DNA of 64,000 nucleotides. It comes from Eledone cirrhosa. Its lineage: Eukaryota. The first letter of the stretch is position 1. Every line of letters begins with the position of its first letter. This document shows positions 1 through 11,500 of this stretch, piece by piece. The notes beneath the pieces are model-generated. The model worked only from the letters and a program-made list of their open reading frames with translations. It was not told where the DNA came from and did not search any database. A program made the position numbers and the translations under genes. The stretch lies in the NCBI GenBank assembly GCA_964016885.1, contig OZ024741.1:270134001-270198000 (forward strand), written 5' to 3'.

Positions 1-1619
1 GTCAGTATATATGTGTCTGTCTATAGGTAGTTAGTGTGAATGTGGCTGTCAGTATGTATGTGTCTGTCTATAGGTAGTTAGTGTGAATGTGGCTGTCAGT
101 ATGTATGTGTCTGTCTATTGGTAGTTAGTGTGAATGTGGCTGTCAGTATGTATGTGTCTGTCTATAGGTAGTTAGTGTGAATGTGGCTGTCAGTATGTAT
201 GTGTCTGTCTATAGGTAGTTAGTGTGAATGTGGCTGTCAGTATGTATGTGTCTGTCTATAGGTAGTTAGTGTGAATGTGGCTGTCAGTATGTATGTGTCT
301 GTCTATAGGTAGTTAGTGTGAATGTAGCTGTCAGTATGTATGTGTCTGTCTATAGGTAGTTAGTGTGAATGTGGCTGTCAGTATATATGTGTCTGTCTAT
401 AGGTAGTTAGTGTGAATGTGGCTGTCAGTATGTATGTGTCTGTCTATAGGTAGTTAGTGTGAATGTGGCTGTCAGTATGTATGTGTCTGTCTATAGGTAG
501 TTAGTGTGAATGTGGCTGTCAGTATGTATGTGTCTGTCTATAGGTAGTTAGTGTGAATGTAGCTGTCAGTATGTATGTGTCTGTCTATAGGTAGTTAGTG
601 TGAATGTGGCTGTCAGTATATATGTGTCTGTCTATAGGTAGTTAGTGTGAATGTGGCTGTCAGTATGTATGTGTCTGTCTATAGGTAGTTAGTGTGAATG
701 TGGCTGTCAGTATGTATGTGTCTGTCGATTGGTAGTTAGTGTGAATGTGGCTGTCAGTATGTATGTGTCTGTCTATAGGTAGTTAGTGTGAATGTGGCTG
801 TCAGTATGTATGTGTCTGTCTATAGGTAGTTAGTGTGAATGTGGCTGTCAGTATTTATGTGTCTGTCTATAGATAGTTAGTGTGAATGTGGTTGTCAGTA
901 TGTATGTGTATATCTATAGGTAGTTAGTGTGAATGTGGCTGTCAGTATGTATGTGTCTGTCTATAGGTACTTAGTGTGAATGTGGCTGTCAGTAAGTATG
1001 TATCTGTCTATATGTAGTTAGTGTGAATGTGGCTGTCAGAATGTATGTGTCTGTCTATAGGTAGTTAGTGTGAATGTGGCTGTCAGTATGTATGTGTCTG
1101 TCTATAGGTAGTTAGTGTGAATGTGGCTGTCAGTATGTATGTGTCTGTCTATAGGTAGTTAGTGTGAATGTGGCTGTCAGTAAGTATGAGTCTGTCTATA
1201 GGTAGTTAGTGTGAATGTGGCTGTCAGTATGTATGTGTCTGTCAATAGGTAGTTAGTGTGAATGTGGCTGTCAGTATGTATGTGTCTGTCTATAGGTAGT
1301 TAGTGTGAATGTGGTTGTCAGTATGTATGTGTCTGTCTATAGGTAGTTAGTGTGAATGTGGCTGTCAGTATGTATGTGTCTGTCTATGGGTAGTTAGTGT
1401 GAATGTGGCTGTCAGTATGTATGTGTCTGTCTATAGGTAGTTAGTGTGAATGTGGCTGTCAGTATGTATGTGTCTGTCTATAGGTAGTTAGTGTGAATGT
1501 GGCTGTCAGTATGTATGTGTCTGTCTATAGGTAGTTAGTGTGAATGTGGCTGTCAGTATGTATGTGTCTGTCTATAGGTAGTTAGTGTGAATTTGGCTGT
1601 CAGTATGTATGTGTCTGTC

Positions 1620-2700
1620 TATAGGTAGTTAGTGTGAATGTGGCTGTCAGTATGTATGTGTCTGTCTATAGGTAGTTAGTGTGAATGTAGCTGTCAGTAT
1701 GTATGTGTCTGTCTATAGGTAGTTAGTGTGAATGTGGCTGTCAGTATATATGTGTCTGTCTATAGGTAGTTAGTGTGAATGTGGCTGTCAGTATGTATGT
1801 GTCTGTCTATAGGTAGTTAGTGTGAATGTGGCTGTCAGTATGTATGTGTCTGTCTATTGGTAGTTAGTGTGAATGTGGCTGTCAGTATGTATGTGTCTGT
1901 CTATAGGTAGTTAGTGTGAATGTGGCTGTCAGTATCTATGTGTCTGTCTATAGGTAGTTAGTGTGAATGTGGCTGTCAGTATGTATGTGTCTGTCTATAG
2001 GTAGTTAGTGTGAATGTGGCTGTCAGTATGTATGTGTCTGTCTATAGGTAGTTAGTGTGAATGTAGCTGTCAGTATGTATGTGTCTGTCTATAGGTAGTT
2101 AGTGTGAATGTGGCTGTCAGTATATATGTGTCTGTCTATAGGTAGTTAGTGTGAATGTGGCTGTCAGTATGTATGTGTCTGTCTATAGGTAGTTAGTGTG
2201 AATGTGGCTGTCAGTATGTATGTGTCTGTCTATTGGTAGTTAGTGTGAATGTGGCTGTCAGTATGTATGTGTCTGTCTATAGGTAGTTAGTGTGAATGTG
2301 GCTGTCAGTATGTATGTGTCTGTCTATAGGTAGTTAGTGTGAATGTGGCTGTCAGTATGTATGTGTCTGTCTATAGGTAGTTAGTGTGAATGTGGCTGTC
2401 AGTATGTATGTGTCTGTCTATAGGTAGTTAGTGTGAATGTGGCTGTCAGTATGTATGTGTCTGTCTATAGGTAGTTAGTGTGAATGTGGCTGTCAGTATA
2501 TATGTGTCTGTCTATAGGTAGTTAGTGTGAATGTGGCTGTCAGTATGTATGTGTCTGTCTATAGGTAGTTAGTGTGAATGTGGCTGTCAGTATGTATGTG
2601 TCTGTCTATTGGTAGTTAGTGTGAATGTGGCTGTCAGTATGTATGTGTCTGTCTATAGGTAGTTAGTGTGAATGTGGCTGTCAGTATGTATGTGTCTGTC
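1620..2700. repeat. Short higher-order repeat, 8 monomers (376 bp), ~3 copies
   Basis: TATTGG variant at 1858, 2234 and 2610. TGTAGCT variant at 1689 and 2065. GTATATATG variant at the same 376-bp spacing. Confidence 0.8.
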
Positions 2701-5700
2701 TATAGGTAGTTGGTGTGAATGTGGCTGTCAGTATATATGAGTCTATCTATAGGTAGTTAGTGTGAATGTGGCTGTCAGTAAGTATGTGTCTGTCTATAGG
2801 TAGTTAGTGTGGATGTGGCTGTCAGTATGTATGTGTCTGTCTATAGGTAGTTAGTGTGAATGTGGCTGTCAATATGTATGTGTCTGTCTATAGGTAGTTA
2901 GTGTGAATGTGGCTGTCAGTATGTATGTGTCTGTCTATAGGTAGTTAGTGTGAATGTGGCTGTCAGTATGTATGTGTCTGTCTATGGGTAGTTAGTGTGA
3001 ATGTGGCTGTCAGTATGTATGTGTCTGTCTATAGATAGTTAGTGTGAATGTGGCTGTCAATATGTATGTGTCTGTCTATAGGTAGTTAGTGTGAATGTGG
3101 CTGTCAGTATGTATGTGTCTGTCTATAGGTAGTTAGTGTGAATGTGGCTGTCAGTATGTATGTGTCTATCTAGAGGTAGTTAGTATGAATGTGGCTGTCA
3201 GTATGTATGTGTCTGTCTATAGGTAGTTAGTGTGAATGTGGCTGTCAGTATCTATGTGTCTGTCTATAGGTAGTTAGTGTGATTGTGGCTGTCAGTATGT
3301 ATGTCTGTCTATAGGTAGTTAGTGTGAATGTGGCTGTCAGTATCTATGTGTCTGTGTATAGGTAGTTAGTGTGAATGTGGCTGTCAGTATGTATGTGTCT
3401 GTCTATAGGTAGTTAGTGTGAATGTGGCTGTCAGTATGTATGTGTCTGTCTATAGGTAGTTAGTGTGAATGTGGCTGTCAGTATGTATGTGTCTATCTAT
3501 AGGTAGTTAGTATGAATGTGGCTGTCAGTATTATGTGTCTGTCTATAGGTAGTTAGTGTGAATGTGGCTGTCAGTATCTATGTGTCTGTCTATAGGTAGT
3601 TAGTGTGATTGTGGCTGTCAGTATGTATGTGTCTGTCTATAGGTAGTTAGCGTGAATGTGGCTGTCAGTATGTTGTGTCTGTCTATAGGTAGTTAGTGTG
3701 AATGTGGCTGTCAGTATGTATGTGTCTGTCTATAGGTAGTTACTGTGAATGTGTCTGTCAGTATGTATGTGTCTACTATACGTAGTTAGTGTGAATGTGT
3801 CTGTCAGTATGTATGTGTCTGTCTATAGATAGTTAGTGTGAATGTGGCTGTCAGTATGTATGTGTCTGTCTATAGGTAGTTAGTGTGAATGTGGCTGTCA
3901 GTATGTATGTGTCTGTCTAGAGGTAGTTAGTGTGAATGTGGCTGTCAGTATGTATGTGTCTGTCTATAGGTAGTTAGTGTGAATGTGGCTGTCAGTATTA
4001 TGTGTCTGTCTATAGGTACTTAGTGTGAATGTGGCTGTCAGTATGTATGTGTCTGTCTATAGGTAGTTAGTGTGGATGTGGCTGTCAGTATGTATGTGTC
4101 TGTCTATAGGTAGTTAGTGTGAATGTGGCTGTCAGTATGTATGTGTCTGTCTATAGGTAGTTAGTGTGAATGTGGCTGTCAGTATGTATGTGTCTGTCTA
4201 TAGGTAGTTAGTGTGAATGTGTCTGTCAGTATGTATGTTTCTGTCTATAGGTAGTTAGTGTGAATGTGGCTGTCAGTATCTATGTGTCTGTCTAGAGGTA
4301 GTTAGTGTGAATGTGGCTGTCAGTATGTATGTGTCTGTCTATAGGTAGTTAGTGTGAATGTGGCTGTCAATATGTATGTGTCTGTCTATAGGTAGTTAGT
4401 GTGAATGTGGCTGTCAGTATGTATGTGTCTGTCTATGGGTAGTTAGTGTGAATGTGGCTGTCAGTATGTATGTGTCTGTCTGTAGGTAGTTAGTGTGAAT
4501 GTGGCTGTCAGTATGTATGTGTCTGTCTATAGGTAGTTAGTGTGAATGTGGCTGTCAGTATGTATGTGTCTGTCTATAGGTAGTTAGTGTGAATGTGGCT
4601 GTCAGTATGTATGTGTCTGTCTAGAGGTAGTTAGTGTGAATGTGGCTGTCAGTATGTATGTGTCTGTCTATAGGTAGTTAGTGTGAATGTGGCTGTTAGT
4701 ATGTATGTGTCTGTCTATAGGTAGTTAGTGTGAATGTGGCTGTCAGTATTTATGTGTCTGTCTATAGATAGTTAGTGTGAATGTGGTTGTCAGTATGTAT
4801 GTGTCTATCTATAGGTAGTTAGTGTGAATGTGGCTGTCAGTATGTATGTGTCTGTCTATAGGTACTTAGTGTGAATGTGGCTGTCAGTAAGTATGTATCT
4901 GTCTAGATGTAGTTAGTGTGAATGTGGCTGTCAGAATGTATGTGTCTGTCTATAGGTAGTTAGTGTGAATGTGGCTGTCAGTATGTATGTGTCTGTCTAT
5001 AGGTAGTTAGTGTGAATGTGGCTGTCAGTAAGTATGAGTCTGTCTATAGGTAGTTAGTGTGAATGTGGCTGTCAGTATGTATGTGTCTGTCAATAGGTAG
5101 TTAGTGTGAATGTGGCTGTCAGTATGTATGTGTCTGTCTATAGGTAGTTAGTGTGAATGTGGTTGTCAGTATGTATGTGTCTGTCTATAGGTAGTTAGTG
5201 TGAATGTGGCTGTCAGTATGTATGTGTCTGTCTATGGGTAGTTAGTGTGAATGTGGCTGTCAGTATGTATGTGTCTGTCTATAGGTAGTTAGTGTGAATG
5301 TGGCTGTCAGTATGTATGTGTCTGTCTATAGGTAGTTAGTGTGAATGTGGCTGTCAGTATGTATGTGTCTGTCTATAGGTAGTTAGTGTGAATGTGGCTG
5401 TCAGTATGTATGTGTCTGTCTATAGGTAGTTAGTGTGAATTTGGCTGTCAGTATGTATGTGTCTGTCTATAGGTAGTTAGTGTGAATGTGGCTGTCAGTA
5501 TGTATGTGTCTGTCTATAGGTAGTTAGTGTGAATGTAGCTGTAAGTATGTATGTGTCTGTCTATAGGTAGTTAGTGTGAATGTGGCTGTCAGTATGTATG
5601 TGTCTGTCTATAGGTAGTTGGTGTGAATGTGGCTGTCAGTATATATGAGTCTATCTATAGGTAGTTAGTGTGAATGTGGCTGTCAGTAAGTATGTGTCTG

Positions 5701-8503
5701 TCTATAGGTAGTTAGTGTGGATGTGGCTGTCAGTATGTATGTGTCTGTCTATAGGTAGTTAGTGTGAATGTGGCTGTCAATATGTATGTGTCTGTCTATA
5801 GGTAGTTAGTGTGAATGTGGCTGTCAGTATGTATGTGTCTGTCTATAGGTAGTTAGTGTGAATGTGGCTGTCAGTATGTATGTGTCTGTCTATGGGTAGT
5901 TAGTGTGAATGTGGCTGTCAGTATGTATGTGTCTGTCTATAGATAGTTAGTGTGAATGTGGCTGTCAATATGTATGTGTCTGTCTATAGGTAGTTAGTGT
6001 GAATGTGGCTGTCAGTATGTATGTGTCTGTCTATAGGTAGTTAGTGTGAATGTGGCTGTCAGTATGTATGTGTCTATCTAGAGGTAGTTAGTATGAATGT
6101 GGCTGTCAGTATGTATGTGTCTGTCTATAGGTAGTTAGTGTGAATGTGGCTGTCAGTATCTATGTGTCTGTCTATAGGTAGTTAGTGTGATTGTGGCTGT
6201 CAGTATGTATGTCTGTCTATAGGTAGTTAGTGTGAATGTGGCTGTCAGTATCTATGTGTCTGTGTATAGGTAGTTAGTGTGAATGTGGCTGTCAGTATGT
6301 ATGTGTCTGTCTATAGGTAGTTAGTGTGAATGTGGCTGTCAGTATGTATGTGTCTGTCTATAGGTAGTTAGTGTGAATGTGGCTGTCAGTATGTATGTGT
6401 CTATCTATAGGTAGTTAGTATGAATGTGGCTGTCAGTATTATGTGTCTGTCTATAGGTAGTTAGTGTGAATGTGGCTGTCAGTATCTATGTGTCTGTCTA
6501 TAGGTAGTTAGTGTGATTGTGGCTGTCAGTATGTATGTGTCTGTCTATAGGTAGTTAGCGTGAATGTGGCTGTCAGTATGTTGTGTCTGTCTATAGGTAG
6601 TTAGTGTGAATGTGGCTGTCAGTATGTATGTGTCTGTCTATAGGTAGTTACTGTGAATGTGTCTGTCAGTATGTATGTGTCTACTATACGTAGTTAGTGT
6701 GAATGTGTCTGTCAGTATGTATGTGTCTGTCTATAGATAGTTAGTGTGAATGTGGCTGTCAGTATGTATGTGTCTGTCTATAGGTAGTTAGTGTGAATGT
6801 GGCTGTCAGTATGTATGTGTCTGTCTAGAGGTAGTTAGTGTGAATGTGGCTGTCAGTATGTATGTGTCTGTCTATAGGTAGTTAGTGTGAATGTGGCTGT
6901 CAGTATTATGTGTCTGTCTATAGGTACTTAGTGTGAATGTGGCTGTCAGTATGTATGTGTCTGTCTATAGGTAGTTAGTGTGGATGTGGCTGTCAGTATG
7001 TATGTGTCTGTCTGTAGGTAGTTAGTGTGAATGTGGCTGTCAGTATGTATGTGTCTGTCTATAGGTAGTTAGTGTGAATGTGGCTGTCAGTATGTATGTG
7101 TCTGTCTATAGGTAGTTAGTGTGAATGTGTCTGTCAGTATGTATGTTTCTGTCTATAGGTAGTTAGTGTGAATGTGGCTGTCAGTATCTATGTGTCTGTC
7201 TAGAGGTAGTTAGTGTGAATGTGGCTGTCAGTATGTATGTGTCTGTCTATAGGTAGTTAGTGTGAATGTGGCTGTCAATATGTATGTGTCTGTCTATAGG
7301 TAGTTAGTGTGAATGTGGCTGTCAGTATGTATGTGTCTGTCTATGGGTAGTTAGTGTGAATGTGGCTGTCAGTATGTATGTGTCTGTCTGTAGGTAGTTA
7401 GTGTGAATGTGGCTGTCAGTATGTATGTGTCTGTCTATAGGTAGTTAGTGTGAATGTGGCTGTCAGTATGTATGTGTCTGTCTATAGGTAGTTAGTGTGA
7501 ATGTGGCTGTCAGTATGTATGTGTCTGTCTAGAGGTAGTTAGTGTGAATGTGGCTGTCAGTATGTATGTGTCTGTCTATAGGTAGTTAGTGTGAATGTGG
7601 CTGTTAGTATGTATGTGTCTGTCTATAGGTAGTTAGTGTGAATGTGGCTGTCAGTATTTATGTGTCTGTCTATAGATAGTTAGTGTGAATGTGGTTGTCA
7701 GTATGTATGTGTCTATCTATAGGTAGTTAGTGTGAATGTGGCTGTCAGTATGTATGTGTCTGTCTATAGGTACTTAGTGTGAATGTGGCTGTCAGTAAGT
7801 ATGTATCTGTCTAGATGTAGTTAGTGTGAATGTGGCTGTCAGAATGTATGTGTCTGTCTATAGGTAGTTAGTGTGAATGTGGCTGTCAGTATGTATGTGT
7901 CTGTCTATAGGTAGTTAGTGTGAATGTGGCTGTCAGTAAGTATGAGTCTGTCTATAGGTAGTTAGTGTGAATGTGGCTGTCAGTATGTATGTGTCTGTCA
8001 ATAGGTAGTTAGTGTGAATGTGGCTGTCAGTATGTATGTGTCTGTCTATAGGTAGTTAGTGTGAATGTGGTTGTCAGTATGTATGTGTCTGTCTATAGGT
8101 AGTTAGTGTGAATGTGGCTGTCAGTATGTATGTGTCTGTCTATGGGTAGTTAGTGTGAATGTGGCTGTCAGTATGTATGTGTCTGTCTATAGGTAGTTAG
8201 TGTGAATGTGGCTGTCAGTATGTATGTGTCTGTCTATAGGTAGTTAGTGTGAATGTGGCTGTCAGTATGTATGTGTCTGTCTATAGGTAGTTAGTGTGAA
8301 TGTGGCTGTCAGTATGTATGTGTCTGTCTATAGGTAGTTAGTGTGAATTTGGCTGTCAGTATGTATGTGTCTGTCTATAGGTAGTTAGTGTGAATGTGGC
8401 TGTCAGTATGTATGTGTCTGTCTATAGGTAGTTAGTGTGAATGTAGCTGTAAGTATGTATGTGTCTGTCTATAGGTAGTTAGTGTGAATGTGGCTGTCAG
8501 TAT
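2636..8503. repeat. Tandem duplication, period 2,908 bp (62 monomers minus 6 deleted bases), 2 copies
   Basis: Rare variants pair at offset 2,908: TTGGTG 2712/5620, TACGTA 3779/6687, GTAAG 5543/8451, plus five shared deletion monomers. One internal mismatch noticed (4106 A vs 7014 G). Confidence 0.93.
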
Positions 8504-11500
8504 ATATGTGTCTGTCTATAGGTAGTTAGTGTGAATGTGGCTGTCAGTATGTATGTGTCTGTCTATAGGTAGTTAGTGTGAATGTGGCTGTCAGTATGTA
8601 TGTGTCTATCTAGAGGTAGTTACTATGAATGTGGCTGTCAGTATGTATGTGTCTGTCTATAGGTAGTTAGTGTGAATGTGGCTGTCAGTATGTTTGTGTC
8701 TGTCTATAGGTAGTTAGTGTGAATGTGGCTGTCAGTATGTATGTGTCTGTCTATAGGTAGTTAGTGTGAATGTGGCTGTCAGTATGTATGTGTCTGTCTA
8801 TAGGTAGTTAGTGTGAATGTGGCTGTCAGTATGTATGTGTCTATCTAGAGGTAGTTAGTATGAATGTGGCTGTCAGTATGTATGTGTCTGTCTATAGGTA
8901 GTTAGTGTGAATGTGGCTGTCAGTATCTATGTGTCTGTCTATAGGTAGTTAGTGTGATTGTGGCTGTCAGTATGTATGTCTGTCTATAGGTAGTTAGTGT
9001 GGATGTGGCTGTCAGTATGTATGTGTCTGTCTATAGGTAGTTAGTGTGAATGTGGCTGTCAGTATCTATGTGTCTGTCTATAGGTAGTTAGTGTGAATGT
9101 GGCTGTCAGTATGTATGTGTCTGTCTATAGGTAGTTAGTGTGAATGTGGCTGTCAGTATGTATGTGTCTGTCTATAGGTAGTTAGTGTGAATGTGGCTGT
9201 CAGTATGTATGTGTCTATCTATAGGTAGTTAGTATGAATGTGGCTGTCAGTATTATGTGTCTGTCTATAGGTAGTTAGTGTGAATGTGGCTGTCAGTATC
9301 TATGTGTCTGTCTATAGGTAGTTAGTGTGATTGTGGCTGTCAGTATGTATGTGTCTGTCTATAGGTAGTTAGCGTGAATGTGGCTTTCAGTATGTTTGTG
9401 TCTGTCTATAGGTAGTTAGTGTGAATGTGGCTGTCAGTATGTATGTGTCTGTCTATAGGTAGTTACTGTGAATGTGGCTGTCAGTATGTATGTGTCTACT
9501 ATAGGTAGTTAGTGTGAATGTGGCTGTCAGTATGTATGTGTCTGTCTATAGATAGTTAGTGTGAATGTGGCTGTCAGTATGTATGTGTCTGTCTATAGGT
9601 AGTTAGTGTGAATGTGGCTGTCAGTATGTATGTGTCTGTCTAGAGGTAGTTAGTGTGAATGTGGCTGTCAGTATGTATGTGTCTGTCTATAGGTAGTTAG
9701 TGTGAATGTGGCTGTCAGTATTATGTGTCTGTCTATAGGTACTTAGTGTGAATGTGGCTGTCAGTATGTATGTGTCTGTCTATAGGTAGTTAGTGTGGAT
9801 GTGGCTGTCAGTATGTATGTGTCTGTCTATAGGTAGTTAGTGTGAATGTGGCTGTTAGTATGTATGTGTCTGTCTATAGGTAGTTAGTGTGAATGTGGCT
9901 GTCAGTAAGTATGTGTCTGTCTATAGGTAGTTAGTGTGAATGTGGCTGTCAATATGTATGTGTCTGTCTATAGGTAGTTACTGTGAATGTGGCTGTCAGT
10001 ATGTATGTGTCTGTCTATAGGTAGTTAGTGTGAATGCGGCTGTCTGTATGTATGTCTGTCTATAGGTAGTTAGTGTGAATGTGGCTGTCAGTATGTATGT
10101 GTCTGTCTAGAGGTAGTTAGTGTGAATGTGGCTGTCAGTATGTATGTGTCTGTCTATAGGTAGTTAGTGTGAATGTGGCTGTCAGTATTATGTGTCTGTC
10201 TATAGGTACTTAGTGTGAATGTGGCTGTCAGTATGTATGTGTCTGTCTATAGGTAGTTAGTGTGAATGTGTCTGTCAGTATGTATGTTTCTGTCTATAGG
10301 TAGTTACTGTGAATGTGGCTGTCAGTATGTATGTGTCTGTCTATAGGTAGTTAGTGTGAATGTGGCTGTCAGTATGTATGTGTCTGTCTATAGGTAGTTA
10401 GTGAGAATGTGGCTGTCAGTATGTATGTGTCTGTCTATAGGTAGTTAGTGTGAATTTGGCTGTCAGTATGTATGTGTCTGTCTATGGGTAGTTAGTGTGA
10501 ATGTGGCTGTCAGTATGTATGTGTCTGTCTATAGATAGTTAGTGTGAATGTGGCTGTCAGTATGTATCTGTCTGTCTATAGGTAGTTAGTGTGAATGTGG
10601 CTGTCAGTATGTATGTGTCTGACTATAGGTAGTTAGTGTGAATGTGGCTGTCAGTATATATGTGTCTATCTATAGGTAGTTAGTGTGAATGTGGCTGTCA
10701 GTATGTATGTGTCTGTCTATAGGTAGTTAGTGTGAATGTGGCTGTCAGTATGTATGTGTCTGTCTATAGGTAGTTAGTGTGAATGTGGCTGTCAGTATGT
10801 ATGTGTCTGTCTATAGGTAGTTAGTGTGAATGTGGCTGTCAGTATGTATGTGTCTGTCTATAGGTAGTTAGTGTGAATGTGTCTGTCAGTATGTATGTTT
10901 CTGTCTATAGGTAGTTAGTGTGAATGTGGCTGTCAGTATCTATGTGTCTGTCTAGAGGTAGTTAGTGTGAATGTGGCTGTCAGTATGTATGTGTCTGTCT
11001 ATAGGTAGTTAGTGTGAATGTGGCTGTCAATATGTATGTGTCTGTCTATAGGTAGTTAGTGTGAATGTGGCTGTCAGTATGTATGTGTCTGTCTATGGGT
11101 AGTTAGTGTGAATGTGGCTGTCAGTATGTATGTGTCTGTCTATAGATAGTTAGTGTGAATGTGGCTGTCAGTATGTATGTGTCTGTCTATAGGTAGTTAG
11201 TGTGAATGTGGCTGTCAGTATGTATGTGTCTGTCTATAGGTAGTTAGTGTGAATGTGGCTGTCAGTATGTATGTGTCTGTCTATAGGTAGTTAGTGTGAA
11301 TGTGGCTGTCAGTATGTATGTGTCTGTCTAGAGGTAGTTAGTGTGAATGTGGCTGTCAGTATGTATGTGTCTGTCTATAGGTAGTTAGTGTGAATGTGGC
11401 TGTTAGTATGTATGTGTCTGTCTATAGGTATTTAGTGTGAATGTCGCTGTCAGTATGTATGTGTCTGTCTATAGGTAGTTAGTGTGAATGTGGCTGTTAG

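Noticed and set aside
1-47. Intron signals: GTATGT (yeast-type 5' splice site) and CACTAAC (branch-point-like)
   Set aside because: They lie on opposite strands, and there are no exons or polypyrimidine/3' splice context.
1-47. G-quadruplex, Z-DNA or cruciform potential
   Set aside because: There are only two GG doublets per monomer. The alternating purine-pyrimidine tract GTATGTATGTGT is 12 bp and TA-containing. The longest palindrome noticed is the 6-bp CTATAG.
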